Assembly: GCA_028293545.1 (NCBI GenBank)
Contig: JAQGOP010000043.1
Span: 63,651 to 127,650 of the forward strand
Length of the DNA: 64,000 nt
Reading direction: 5' to 3'
Origin: Verrucomicrobiota bacterium
GTDB taxonomy: Bacteria; Verrucomicrobiota; Verrucomicrobiia; Opitutales; Opitutaceae
The notes below the pieces were generated by a model that ran no database searches, had not been told where the DNA came from, and worked only from the letters and a program-made list of their open reading frames with translations. Within the stretch, counting starts at the first letter, position 1. Every line of letters begins with the position of its first letter. The translations under genes were made by a program, and so were the position numbers. Positions 16,591-26,658 of the stretch are shown here, one piece after another.

Positions 16591-17906
16591 GCGCCGGGGA
16601 TCGTCCCGGCCTGGATGATGAACATCTTGGCGGGATCGAGGTGCTTCTTGATCGCACTGTTCACTTCCTGGAGCGTGAGGGCGTCGACCTTCGCGGGATA
16701 TTGGTCGATCCATTCGGGGCCGACCCCGCGATTGATGGTCCCCAACAAGGAGGCAGCCATGCCGTCCGTCGTCGCGAGAGCGACCTTGTAGTGGCCGATC
16801 AGGTTCGTTTTCCGCTGCGCCAGCTCCCGGTCGCTCACGCCTTGGTCGTACCACGCCTTCAGTTCGCGCTGGGTCGAGGCGATGCCTTGGTTCAGCAGAT
16901 TCGGGGCAAAGGTCGCGCTGATCTTCCAATCGCCGTCGTTGAAGTCGTCATGATCGAGCGTCGAATAAATCCCGTACGTCAGGCCCTCGGTGTCGCGCAC
17001 TTTTGCCACGAGCCGGCTCGTGAAATCGCTGCCCAGGATCGAGCTCGCCGCACGGAGCGCCACGTAGTCGGGATCGCCGTAGCGGAGCCCGCTGCTTTGG
17101 CCGATCATCACGGAGACGCTGGTCTTGTCGGCCATGAACACCGTGTGCTCCCTGCCCGCATCGGTGCCGGTGGATTTTGCCGGATGGATAAAGTCCTGGC
17201 CACCGGTCCAGCCAGCGAAGGCGGTGCCGATTTCGCGCTGGATCACGGCCGCGTCGACGTCGCCGACGAGCACGAGCGTGAAGTGGGCGGGGCCGTAATA
17301 TTTCGCGTGGAACGCCTTCACGTCCTCCAGCTTGGCCGAGGCGAGGGCGGCGAGGAATTCCTCCGCGGTGGCCTCGCGATTGGGATGGCCCGGCGAATAC
17401 GCCGCCTGGTTGAACGCTTCGTTGGCGCGGAAATCAGTGTTCTCGGTCTGGCGCTGGAGCGTGCCGGTGAGCTGGGCCTTCGCCTTGGTGAATTCCTCCT
17501 CGCTGAACGCCGGTTCGCGAAGCTGCTCGGCAATCAGCGCGATGACGAGCGGCACGTCCTTCTTGAGGCACTTGGCCTCGATCGTCAGCGCTTGCGCGCC
17601 CACGCCAAAGTCGATGCTGGCGCCGACGCCCTCGAGCTTTTCCGCGATTTCGAATTTCGTGTGTTTCCTGGTGCCCTGCTCCAGCAGTTCACCGCAGAGG
17701 CTGGCCACCGCCGCATTGCCGCCGGCGGCCATGGCGTCGCCGGCGGGAAGGGACCCCTTGATGGTCACCACGTCCTGCACGCCGGTTTTGTAGATCAGGA
17801 CGTCGACGCCGGATATCTTCGCGCGCACGACATGGGGAGCAACCTGGGCACTGAGCGCCGCGGCAAACAGGCCGAGGATCAACGAGAGGGAAAAAAGTCG
17901 TTTCAT
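16584..17906 (-). CDS. M16 (pitrilysin) family peptidase-like protein, probably the non-catalytic partner
   Basis: Signal peptide MKRLFSLSLILGLFAAALSAQ from ATG 17906; M16 fold recognised, but the HxxEH position reads ...LCGELLEQG... with no His. Confidence 0.85.
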   Translation of the reverse strand: MKRLFSLSLILGLFAAALSAQVAPHVVRAKISGVDVLIYKTGVQDVVTIKGSLPAGDAMAAGGNAAVASLCGELLEQGTRKHTKFEIAEKLEGVGASIDFGVGAQALTIEAKCLKKDVPLVIALIAEQLREPAFSEEEFTKAKAQLTGTLQRQTENTDFRANEAFNQAAYSPGHPNREATAEEFLAALASAKLEDVKAFHAKYYGPAHFTLVLVGDVDAAVIQREIGTAFAGWTGGQDFIHPAKSTGTDAGREHTVFMADKTSVSVMIGQSSGLRYGDPDYVALRAASSILGSDFTSRLVAKVRDTEGLTYGIYSTLDHDDFNDGDWKISATFAPNLLNQGIASTQRELKAWYDQGVSDRELAQRKTNLIGHYKVALATTDGMAASLLGTINRGVGPEWIDQYPAKVDALTLQEVNSAIKKHLDPAKMFIIQAGTIPGAK

Positions 17907-17949
17907 GATTTTGAGCGTTGGCTTTGGGCTTGGATCGTTCGGCGGGGGT

Positions 17950-19329
17950 TTACCGCTTTGCAGCTGCGGGGGTTCCGGCGGACGCAATGGGGATGAACCA
18001 ACCCGTCGTGCTCTGGTCGACGTTGAAATATTTCTGCGCCACGCGTTGCACGTCGGCCGGGGTCACTTTTTTGACCGCGTCGTCGAAGGTGTAGTAAGTC
18101 GTCCAGTCGCCGACCCCGATCGCGGTGTTGATGTTGTCAGCGATCGCGTACGTGCCATCGCGCTGGAAAGCGGAATCGGCAAGGAACTTGGCGATGGCCG
18201 CCTGGACCTCGGCCTCGGTCACGCCGTCCTGCTTGAGCTTTTCGATCTGCTCGAGCGCGAGTTTTTCGACCTGCTCGTGCGTCGCGCCGGGCGCGAGCGG
18301 GACAAACGTGAAATGCAGCGACGGGTCATGCGTCGAAAACGCGAACCCCGAGGCGCCGGTGGAGAGGCTCTGGTCGGTGATGGCCTTGTACAGGCGGCTG
18401 TTTTTGCCGTCGGTGAGAATGAGGCTGAGCACGGAAATCGCCGGGGCATCGGGATGCGTCGCGGCAGGAATCTTGTGGCCGATGGCGACGACGCCGAGGC
18501 GTCCGGCGCGTTTCACGACGACCCGGCGCGGCCCGGTCTGCTCGGGCTCCTCCGTGTAGAGCTGCGGGATCGGCTTCGGCGCGCGCGAAATCGCGCCATA
18601 ATACTTATTCACCAGCGCGAGGGCCTGGGCCGGCGCGAAATCGCCGACCACGGTGACCGTGGCATTGTCGGGCCAGTAAAACGTGTCGTAGAACTCGCGG
18701 AGTTTCGCGATCGAGACTTTCTCGATGTCGCTGCGCCAGCCAATGGTGCTGTGGTGGTAGGGATGCGCGACATAGGCGGAGTGGAAGATTTCCTTGAAGA
18801 GAGCGAGGAACGGGGAATTTTCGCCGCGCTCGAATTCGTTGCGCACGACCGTCATCTCGGGTTGGCGGTCCGTCTCGCGAAGCAACAGCCCGCGCATGCG
18901 GTCGGCCTCGATCTGCACGATCAGCGGCAGGTGTTCGCTGCCGAACGTCTCGTGGTAATTCGTGCGATCGACGGAGGTGCTCGCGTTGTTGGTCGCGCCG
19001 ATCGGATCGAGGACCTGGTCGAGCTTGTTGCCCTTGTCGGTGTTGAAGTTCGTGGACCCCTTGAACATCAAGTGCTCGAGCAGGTGGGTCGCACCCGTGG
19101 TGCCGGTAACCTCGTTGCGCGAGCCCACGCGATACGTGACCATGAACGTGACGACGGGCGCCGAGTGGTCAGGGAGGAGCAGGACCTGGAGGCCGTTGGC
19201 GTCGAGTTTGTACTCGGAGATGGCGCCGACGGTTTTGACGAAGGTGAAACCTTCGACCGGGGCCGGGGTGCCGGCGCCGCGCAATAAAACGGGCAAAATC
19301 AAGAGCGGGATCAGGAATTTCAATTTCAT
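17950..19329 (-). CDS. M16 family zinc peptidase (catalytic subunit)
   Basis: Signal peptide; inverted zincin motif GATHLLEHLMFKG (HxxEH). Confidence 0.9.
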   Translation of the reverse strand: MKLKFLIPLLILPVLLRGAGTPAPVEGFTFVKTVGAISEYKLDANGLQVLLLPDHSAPVVTFMVTYRVGSRNEVTGTTGATHLLEHLMFKGSTNFNTDKGNKLDQVLDPIGATNNASTSVDRTNYHETFGSEHLPLIVQIEADRMRGLLLRETDRQPEMTVVRNEFERGENSPFLALFKEIFHSAYVAHPYHHSTIGWRSDIEKVSIAKLREFYDTFYWPDNATVTVVGDFAPAQALALVNKYYGAISRAPKPIPQLYTEEPEQTGPRRVVVKRAGRLGVVAIGHKIPAATHPDAPAISVLSLILTDGKNSRLYKAITDQSLSTGASGFAFSTHDPSLHFTFVPLAPGATHEQVEKLALEQIEKLKQDGVTEAEVQAAIAKFLADSAFQRDGTYAIADNINTAIGVGDWTTYYTFDDAVKKVTPADVQRVAQKYFNVDQSTTGWFIPIASAGTPAAAKR

Positions 19330-19460
19330 GCGGTCTGGGGAAGACGGGCACCGTGCCTCGTGTCCCTAATTTCGCCAAGACTCATGCGACGATTTCGAAC
19401 GATTTAGGCTAATCGGCCGATTGGCGGGATAAGTGGCCGAAGGGCCAATCGCTGAGCCGA

Positions 19461-19780
19461 GCCAGGCCGCCCGCCTGCTCCGAGAGCGAAATTCAGGATT
19501 CGATCCCAGGAATTGGTCGCCACGAAACACACGAAAAAATACCGGAGGCCAAAGCTCCGGAATGTTGGCCGCAAAAAAGCGCAAGTTTTTCGATGGCTGC
19601 GGCGGAGATTTGGGAGCGCTTATAAGCGCGCGGAAATCACGGCCAAGCCTTGGAGAATTGGCTCTGTAAAAGCTGGCTCCGTGCACGTTTTTATTCGCGT
19701 CCATTCGCGGTTAAAAAAGAGCACACTTCTGTTCGAACCCAGTTTTCGATCTCGGAGCAAGCGGGCCGCCTGCGCTACTC
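19461..19780. repeat. Mosaic repeat spacer: REP-A forward, CACGAAACACACGAAA word, truncated REP-D half, CATTCGCGGTTAAAA word, REP-A reverse
   Basis: 19461-19484 GCCAGGCCGCCCGCCTGCTCCGAG; 19564-19632 GTTGGCCGCAAAAAAGCGCAAGTT...GCGCTTATAAGCGCGC; 19752-19780 TCGGAGCAAGCGGGCCGCCTGCGCTACTC. Confidence 0.8.
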
Positions 19781-19817
19781 ACTGGACGTGCTGGAATTTC
19801 CGGGGCAAACACGCAGC

Positions 19818-21413
19818 ATGGCTTTACGGTCGAAAGCGCTCGGCAGGTCATTTCGGGTCCTGGCGATCGCGGCGGGTTTTGGCATGGTGGCGGAGTGCGC
19901 GACGCGGCCGGCATTCCCGGTCGCGGAAGTGACCATCGATGAAATCCAGGCGCGATTTAAGTCCGGGGCTTATTCATCACGGGAAGCCACGCAGGCCTAC
20001 CTTGATCGGATCGAGGCGCTCAACCACGCGGGCCCGCAGCTGAATGCGGTCATTGAAGTGAATCCCGATGCGCTTGCGATCGCCGCGGCGCTCGATGCGG
20101 AACGGAAAGCGGGGAAAATTCGCGGGCCGCTTCACGGCGTGCCGATCCTCCTCAAGGACAACATCGCGACGGCCGATCGGATGGAAACCACCGCGGGCTC
20201 GCTCGCCTTGGTCGGCGCCCGCCCGAAATCCGACGCCGCGGTCGTCACGCGGCTGCGCGCAGCCGGCGCGGTGATCCTCGGCAAAGCCAACCTTAGCGAG
20301 TGGGCCAATTTCCGCGACAACAAATCGAACAGCGGCTGGAGCGCGCGCGGTGGATTCACGCGCAACCCCTACGCGCTCGATCGCAGCCCCTCGGGTTCGA
20401 GCTCCGGCTCGGCCGTGTCCGTCGCCGCCAATCTCTGCGTCGCCGCGATCGGCACCGAAACCGACGGTTCAATCCTTTCTCCCTCCTCGCGCTGCGGGAT
20501 CGTGGGACTCAAGCCCACGGTGGGATTGGTCAGCCGCACGGGAATCATCCCGATCGCGGCTGCGCAGGATACGGCGGGACCCATGACGCTCACGGTGCGC
20601 GACGCCGCGATTTTGCTGGGAGTCATGGCGGGCGGCGATGCGTCCGACCGGGCCACGCAGGAAATTCCGGCGGGGCAATCGCTCGATTATTTGGGCGGTT
20701 TAAAAACAGGGAGTTTGAAAGGCGCGAGGCTTGGCTTGTTGCGGCCTTCCGGCGAAATGCGACCAGCCGTGAAGGCGGTGTTCGACCACGCGATCGCGTC
20801 GCTGCTCGCGGCGGGCGCGGTCGTCGTGGACAACCTCTCGCTGGGCGATGAAAGCGAAATTTCGAAGCACGAGTATGAGGTCCTCACCCACGAATTCAAA
20901 GCCGGGCTGAACGGTTATCTGGCCGCGCTCGGGCCGGGTTCGCCCCTGAAGTCCCTCGCGGATATCATCGCCTTCAACACAGCTCACGCGTCCACCGAGC
21001 TCCGCTACTTCGGGCAGAAAACTTTTATCGACGCCGAGGAGAAGGGGCCGTTGACCGATCCCATTTACCTGAAGGCCAAAAGGGAGAGTCGATGGCTGAG
21101 TCGCGAGCGCATCGATGCGTTGTTGAACGGGCAGCATCTCGACGCGTTGGTGGCGCTCAGCAATGGCCCGGCGGGGCTGATCGACGTGGTCAACGGCGAC
21201 TATTTTTCCGGCGGCACGTCGACCCTTGCGGCCGTCGCCGGCTATCCGGCGCTGACGGTCCCGGCCGGGCAAGTGCGGGAACTGCCGATCGGCCTCACGT
21301 TTGTCGGGCGAGCCTGGAGCGAGGCGCGCCTGCTCAGCTTGGCGGCGGAATTTGAGCGATGGACGCACAGCCGCCAGCCGCCGCAGTTCCGCCCGACGAT
21401 CGGCGTGGATTGA
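19818..21413 (+). CDS. amidase-signature family amidase, secreted
   Basis: Start at ATG 19818 (MALRSKALGRSFRVLAIAAGFG...); LLKDNI and SPSGSSSGSAVSVAA amidase-signature motifs. Confidence 0.88.
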   Translation: MALRSKALGRSFRVLAIAAGFGMVAECATRPAFPVAEVTIDEIQARFKSGAYSSREATQAYLDRIEALNHAGPQLNAVIEVNPDALAIAAALDAERKAGKIRGPLHGVPILLKDNIATADRMETTAGSLALVGARPKSDAAVVTRLRAAGAVILGKANLSEWANFRDNKSNSGWSARGGFTRNPYALDRSPSGSSSGSAVSVAANLCVAAIGTETDGSILSPSSRCGIVGLKPTVGLVSRTGIIPIAAAQDTAGPMTLTVRDAAILLGVMAGGDASDRATQEIPAGQSLDYLGGLKTGSLKGARLGLLRPSGEMRPAVKAVFDHAIASLLAAGAVVVDNLSLGDESEISKHEYEVLTHEFKAGLNGYLAALGPGSPLKSLADIIAFNTAHASTELRYFGQKTFIDAEEKGPLTDPIYLKAKRESRWLSRERIDALLNGQHLDALVALSNGPAGLIDVVNGDYFSGGTSTLAAVAGYPALTVPAGQVRELPIGLTFVGRAWSEARLLSLAAEFERWTHSRQPPQFRPTIGVD

Positions 21414-21442
21414 AGTAGCGCAGGCGGCCCGCCTGCTCCGGG
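21412..21442 (+). repeat. REP-A copy overlapping the amidase TGA stop
   Basis: T-GAAGTAGCGCAGGCGGCCCGCCTGCTCCGGG. Confidence 0.9.
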
Positions 21443-21513
21443 AAACAGCGAGCATGCCGATGGACAATCAGGATGCCCGCGCCCCACCGAGCTCCCTTGC
21501 CGCTTCGCGGCGG

Positions 21514-23865
21514 TCACGGCCTGGCGGCGATCGCCTCTTTGAGGTGCGTCACGCGCTGCTTCGATTCGCTGTTGCGCACCGCCATCCCGTAGGCGGCGGG
21601 TTCGCCGACGATCACGACTTTTTTCCGGCCGCGGGTGATCGCGGTGTAGAGCAGGTTGCGCTGCAGCATCATGAAATGCCCCTTGAGCAGGGGGATGATG
21701 ACGACGGGATATTCGCTGCCCTGCGACTTGTGGATGCTGATCGCATAGGCGAGCGCGAGGTCGCCGAATTCGCCGCGATCGAATTTGTGCTTCTCGCCGT
21801 CGAACTCGGCTTCGAGCGTGCCGGCGACGCCGTCGATCGACTTGACCGAGCCGATGTCGCCGTTGAAGAGGTTTTTGTCGTAGTTGTTGCGGAGCTGGAT
21901 GACCTTGTCGCCCGGCCGATATTCCGCCGTGGGCCCGCGCAAGCCGCGCGCATGGGGATTCAGCGCGCCCTGCAGCGTGGCGTTGAGGTTTGCCACCCCC
22001 GCGACGCCTTTGTGCATGGGCGCGAGCACCTGGACGTCGTTGACGGGGTGAAACCATTTCCAAACCTGGGGCACGAATTCGGTGCACAGCGCAGTGACTT
22101 TTCGCAGGCAGTCCTCGGCGTCGGTGGCGATGACGAAGGTGAGGTCGCTCCACGCCTGCAGGTCCGTCAATTCCGTGACCGACGGCGGCAGCGAAGCGTC
22201 GCCGGAATTAATCGCATGCGCCGTGGTGACGATGCCGCTCTGTTCCTGCTGGCGATAAATCACCGCGAGTCGCGTGACGGGCACGCGTTCGGTGGCGATG
22301 AGATCCTTGAGCACGTTGCCCGCGCCGACGCTGGGGAGCTGGTCGGTGTCGCCGACGAGGAGGAGGTGCGCCCGCGAAGGCACCGCCTGGAACAACGCCG
22401 AGGCGAGGCGCGTATCCAGCATCGAGGCTTCGTCGACGATCAGGAAATCCGTCGCAAGCGGATTGGATTCGTTGCTCGTGAATCCTCCGTTCGCCGGTTC
22501 GTATTTCAGCAGCCGGTGAATGGTGGAGGCAAAGCCGCCGGTCGTCTCCGCGAGCCGCTGCGCCGCGCGCCCGGTCGGCGCGGCGAGGTGCACGCGGACT
22601 TTCTTCGCCTTCAGGATCTCGACGAGCGCGCGCAGGATGCTGGTTTTGCCCGTGCCCGGTCCGCCGGTGAGCACGGAAAATTTGTGCGCGAGGGCGTTGC
22701 GCACGGCAGTGCGCTGGAGTTCGTGGAACGTGAAGCCGGCTTTTTCCTCGGCCCACTTGACGGCGGCGTCGGCCTTGATCGGCGGCAGCCCGCTGCCGAC
22801 ACGGCCCACGCGCGACACGACGTCGGCGATTTTTTGCTCCGCGCGGTCGTTGTGCGGCAGCTGGATGAGCGATTGCGGACTGCGGATCGTGGACGGCGGC
22901 GGCTCGGCAGGCCCAGCTTGGGGTGCGTGGACGACGAGGGATTTCGCGGTGATGAGTGCCTCGATGCGCGCCTCGATCAGGCGGGAGTCCGTCTCGAGCT
23001 GCTGGGACGAATACTCGACCAAATCACCGTGCCGAAACGCAGTGTGACCTTCCTCCTGCAGCGTGTCCAAGGCGAAGATCAGGCCGGCGTCGAGCCGCGG
23101 CGCGGCGTCGTTTGCAAAGCCAAGGTTGATCGCGATGCGGTCCGCGGTCTTGAAACCGATGCCATCGATTTCGCGGGCGACGCGATAGGGTTCGTTGATC
23201 AGGACCTGCTTGGCCGCGGGGCCGAAGTGATTGACGAGTTTCACGCATTGCGAAGGCGTGACGCCGTAGGTCTGGAGGAAAATGTACAGTTCGCGCTCGG
23301 TGCGTTTTTCGTCCCACGCCTGCTTGATCGATCCCGCGCGTTTCTTGCCGATGCCCTCGACGTCGCGAAGTCGGCCCGATTCCTCGCTCAGGATGCGGAA
23401 GGTCTCGATGCCAAAGGCGTCGACGATCTTGTTCGCGTAAACTTTCCCGATGCCCGGGACCAGCCCGCTTCCGAGGTATTTCCGGATGCCGTAAACCGAG
23501 GAGGGCAATTCGGATTTGAACGCGCCGATCTTGAACTGCGCGCCATGCTGCGCGTGGCGGGTCCACTCGCCTTCGAGGTGCAGGGTTTCGCCGCACTCCA
23601 CTCCGGGCAGGGCGCCGACGATGGTGACCTTCGCCTCGGGGTCGTTGGGGTTGACCGCATCGGGACGGAATTCCGCGATGGTGTAATGGTTCTCCTCGTT
23701 GAAAAAAATGATGCGCTCGAGGACGCCGGTCAAAGTCTGGGATGCGGGAGAAGCCACGGAAGTCCGGACCAAAACCCCACCGCGCGAATCCCGCAACCAA
23801 ATGAATGGGTCGCGAAGCGCCAGGGGCTGGCGGTGCGAGACTGCACGGTCCTCGCTAACCTCCAC
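21514..23865 (-). CDS. recD2: RecD2-like SF1B ATP-dependent DNA helicase
   Basis: Walker A LTGGPGTGKTS, LLVGDTDQLPSVGAGNV and SIHKSQGSEYPVVI. GTG start at 23865 lies 10 nt after the upstream small ORF; an alternative GTG is at 23757. Confidence 0.88.
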   Translation of the reverse strand: MEVSEDRAVSHRQPLALRDPFIWLRDSRGGVLVRTSVASPASQTLTGVLERIIFFNEENHYTIAEFRPDAVNPNDPEAKVTIVGALPGVECGETLHLEGEWTRHAQHGAQFKIGAFKSELPSSVYGIRKYLGSGLVPGIGKVYANKIVDAFGIETFRILSEESGRLRDVEGIGKKRAGSIKQAWDEKRTERELYIFLQTYGVTPSQCVKLVNHFGPAAKQVLINEPYRVAREIDGIGFKTADRIAINLGFANDAAPRLDAGLIFALDTLQEEGHTAFRHGDLVEYSSQQLETDSRLIEARIEALITAKSLVVHAPQAGPAEPPPSTIRSPQSLIQLPHNDRAEQKIADVVSRVGRVGSGLPPIKADAAVKWAEEKAGFTFHELQRTAVRNALAHKFSVLTGGPGTGKTSILRALVEILKAKKVRVHLAAPTGRAAQRLAETTGGFASTIHRLLKYEPANGGFTSNESNPLATDFLIVDEASMLDTRLASALFQAVPSRAHLLLVGDTDQLPSVGAGNVLKDLIATERVPVTRLAVIYRQQEQSGIVTTAHAINSGDASLPPSVTELTDLQAWSDLTFVIATDAEDCLRKVTALCTEFVPQVWKWFHPVNDVQVLAPMHKGVAGVANLNATLQGALNPHARGLRGPTAEYRPGDKVIQLRNNYDKNLFNGDIGSVKSIDGVAGTLEAEFDGEKHKFDRGEFGDLALAYAISIHKSQGSEYPVVIIPLLKGHFMMLQRNLLYTAITRGRKKVVIVGEPAAYGMAVRNSESKQRVTHLKEAIAARP

Positions 23866-23875
23866 TGACCTTAAG

Positions 23876-24031
23876 CTATTTTCCTTCGGGCGGACGCGAC
23901 GCGGTGAGATCCTTGATCAGGGTCTTCAACTCCGAGCCGGCCTTTTTCCCAATGTAGAAAACCAGGAAACCGTACCACGCGATGGAGGTGAAAAGGAGAG
24001 CGGTCCAGGCGAGAACGTAAGGGTCTTTCAT
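23876..24031 (-). CDS. small membrane protein (51 aa), below the track length cutoff
   Basis: My translation: MKDPYVLAWTALLFTSIAWYGFLVFYIGKKAGSELKTLIKDLTASRPPEGK, with one predicted TM helix. Its ATG lies 3 nt after the stop of the upstream symporter. Confidence 0.5.
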   Translation of the reverse strand: MKDPYVLAWTALLFTSIAWYGFLVFYIGKKAGSELKTLIKDLTASRPPEGK

Positions 24032-24034
24032 GGG

Positions 24035-25534
24035 TCAGGCGGGGTTTGGGGCGAGGGTTTTGGCCGGAGCGCGGGACACGAGCGAGCCGACGATCATGCC
24101 GAGGAACGCGAGAGCGAAGGAGGAGCCGCCAGCCACTTCCGCGGCGATCTGGTGCTCGGGGCTGGCCTTGGCATTCACGATGAGGAAGGTGAGCGGCCCG
24201 ATCGCGCCGAGGATGAGCGCGGCGTAGGCCCCGGTGGAATTCGCGCGCGGCCAGTAAAGCCCGGCGACCAGGAGCGAGAAGACACTCGCGAGGTAAATGT
24301 TTCCCGTGACCGCGAGGAAGTCCCACGCCGAGCCCGGCATCTTGTACCACAATCCGTAAAGGAGCAGGAACACCGCGATCCCGAGGAGAATCATGCGCGT
24401 GAGCAGGAGCTGGCCTTGGTTCGAAAGCGGTTTTTTCAGGCACGGGGTGATGATGTCGTTATAAATCACCGTCGCCCACGTGAGCATGTAGCCGCTGATC
24501 GTGGACATTTCCGCGGCGATCATCGATGCGACCAGGAGCCCCATCAAACCGATCGGCAGTACCGCGCTCAAATAACGCGGCATTGCGGTCATGGAATCGA
24601 GACCCGCCGGCAGGCCGCCGTGCTGCTTGAAATAAACGAAGGCCGCCGCGCCCCACAGGCCGGGGAGGAGGAAACGCCCCACGAAATAATACGACACCCG
24701 CCGGTACATCTTGGTCGCCGTGCCGGAGTCCTTCGTCGCCAGCACGCGGCTGATTGTGGTTTGCCACGTCGTCACCACCGCCAGCTGGAAAATGAACTGC
24801 CAGGCGAGATAGCCCCAGCCGAAGCTGGTGGGGTGGGCGGGATTGAACGGGTGCGGCGTCGTGCCGCCGCTGGCGATCCAGGAGTTCTGCAGCGTGGTGA
24901 CCAGGTTCGTCCAGCCGATGTTGTAGAGGACCATGATCGACGTGGTGACGATGCCGATGCCGACGAGGATAAACTGGAGGTAATCCGTCATGAGCACCGA
25001 GAGCATGCCGCCGAGCACGGTGTAGATCAGCACCAGCACGAGCAGGACGGTCATGACGCTTTCGAGCCAGCTCGCCGGCATGCCGGTCGCGTGCACGAGG
25101 AAGTCGCCGCCGAGCCGCAGGAAGATGCCCATGTTGAGCAGGCCGCCGAGCGCGACGAACACCCCGGCGAGCCAGCGCACGCGCGGGCTGAAACGTTTTT
25201 CGAAGAGCTCGGGAATGGTCATGACGCCCGCGTTGCGCAGCGGCCGGATCACGAAGCCGGTTTGCCCGACGATGAGGAACGATGCGGCCATGATGACGCC
25301 AATGACGGCGCCCGCGAAGCCCTTCTCGAAGCCGAGCTGCGCGGTGTACATGACGGTGACCAATCCCATCTCGGTCGCGGCGAGCGACGCGATGCCGAGG
25401 TTCACGTGCACGTCGCGGCCCGCGATGGTGAAGTCATCGACGCCGCGGATGAAGCGCCGCATCCACATGCCGGCGGAGAGGCAGCCGACCACATAAACCG
25501 TGATGATGATCCAATCGATCAGGGACAGCGTCAT
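24035..25534 (-). CDS. sodium:solute symporter (SSS) family transporter
   Basis: Start moved to ATG 25534 (MTLSLIDWIIITVYVVGCLSAG...); polytopic membrane protein with SSS-type organisation; 499 aa. Confidence 0.85.
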   Translation of the reverse strand: MTLSLIDWIIITVYVVGCLSAGMWMRRFIRGVDDFTIAGRDVHVNLGIASLAATEMGLVTVMYTAQLGFEKGFAGAVIGVIMAASFLIVGQTGFVIRPLRNAGVMTIPELFEKRFSPRVRWLAGVFVALGGLLNMGIFLRLGGDFLVHATGMPASWLESVMTVLLVLVLIYTVLGGMLSVLMTDYLQFILVGIGIVTTSIMVLYNIGWTNLVTTLQNSWIASGGTTPHPFNPAHPTSFGWGYLAWQFIFQLAVVTTWQTTISRVLATKDSGTATKMYRRVSYYFVGRFLLPGLWGAAAFVYFKQHGGLPAGLDSMTAMPRYLSAVLPIGLMGLLVASMIAAEMSTISGYMLTWATVIYNDIITPCLKKPLSNQGQLLLTRMILLGIAVFLLLYGLWYKMPGSAWDFLAVTGNIYLASVFSLLVAGLYWPRANSTGAYAALILGAIGPLTFLIVNAKASPEHQIAAEVAGGSSFALAFLGMIVGSLVSRAPAKTLAPNPA

Positions 25535-25793
25535 GGGGGAGATCCGAATTGGTGGAGCTGGAGTGCGCCAAACCGATCGGTCGCGCAACGTGGCCGCAAG
25601 CGGCGGGGGAGGGAAGCGGATTCGTCGCGGCTTGGCGCCGCGTCTCCGAGGGTGGAGCGACTTCTCCGCAAGGCGCTGAGCGAGCCTGTCCGCGTTGAAT
25701 CGACCTAGTTGCGACCAGCGCTCCCCCTCTGTCGCCTTTAACAAAAATCCGGAGATCGACTCGGAGCGGCAAGATTCTGCCCGGTAATTTATT

Positions 25794-26579
25794 TCAGCGC
25801 GCCGCGCGGTCTGCGGTCGGCGGCAGGCCGTAGGCTTTCCGGTAATCGCGCGAAAATTCATGGACGCGCGGATAGCCGACCCGGCCGGAGATTTCCGTCA
25901 TGTTCAGGTCGGAAAAACGCACCAGGCCGCGGGCGAGGCTCAGCCGGATCTCCTTCAGGCGTTTCATCGGCGGAAGGCCGACTGCGGCCCGGCACGCGCG
26001 GGCGACGGTGTTGGGGCTGCGATGAAACGCGGAGCTTAATTCCGCGAGCGATCGTGTGCGGTCGATGTGAAGCCGGGCCCACGCCTCGATCTCCCACCAC
26101 AATTTTCCTACCGGCGTGCCCGCCGGGTGATCCGCCGGATGCGCGCCGATGCCTGCGACCAGCGCGAGCAGGTGGGACTGGCAAAGGCAGTCGCGCTCCC
26201 ACGAGGGAGAGGCGCGCCAGGCCCCGAGCAGTCGCTCGAAAACCGGGCGCAGTTTCGTGCGTCCCGGGATCAACCGTTGCCCGAAGTCCGGCGGGCTCAG
26301 CGTGGGCGCCGAAAAATTCACCGAGTAATAGATCCACGGTGCGCGCAGCACGCGGCCCTCGACCCACTCGTCTTCGTGGTACCAAACCACGCTGCCAGGA
26401 AGAAGCCGCTGGCGCCGGCCGTTGCAGGTCTGCTCGACCTCGCCCGCCACCACGAGATGGATCAGATGACCGGGCAGGGACGTGGCGGTGAAGGCGAAGC
26501 CCGCTTCGCGCCGTTCGAATCGTTCGACGAGGCGCACGCTCTCGATCGGGGACGGGCCGGCGGCGGTGGAAGTAGCCAT
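25794..26579 (-). CDS. AraC-family transcriptional regulator
   Basis: C-terminal double HTH: SLAELSSAFHRSPNTVARACRAAVG ... EISGRVGYPRVHEFSRDYRKAYG. Confidence 0.9.
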   Translation of the reverse strand: MATSTAAGPSPIESVRLVERFERREAGFAFTATSLPGHLIHLVVAGEVEQTCNGRRQRLLPGSVVWYHEDEWVEGRVLRAPWIYYSVNFSAPTLSPPDFGQRLIPGRTKLRPVFERLLGAWRASPSWERDCLCQSHLLALVAGIGAHPADHPAGTPVGKLWWEIEAWARLHIDRTRSLAELSSAFHRSPNTVARACRAAVGLPPMKRLKEIRLSLARGLVRFSDLNMTEISGRVGYPRVHEFSRDYRKAYGLPPTADRAAR

Positions 26580-26658
26580 GGCGAGATTTGCTAAACACTG
26601 GTCGAGGCCTGCTAAAGACTATTCGCCCCGTGCTTGGTAAATTGAGGACAAGTTACCG

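Noticed and set aside
21301-25708. 855-aa and 669-aa ORFs antisense to recD2 and the SSS transporter
   Set aside because: Same reasoning: no motifs, extreme Arg/Gly/Asp composition, and the opposite strand carries genes with clear family signatures.
25535-25793. About 260-nt leader between the AraC gene and the symporter start, considered as a riboswitch
   Set aside because: I could not match it to any riboswitch consensus I know. It may simply hold the promoter and AraC operator. An Rfam scan would be needed.
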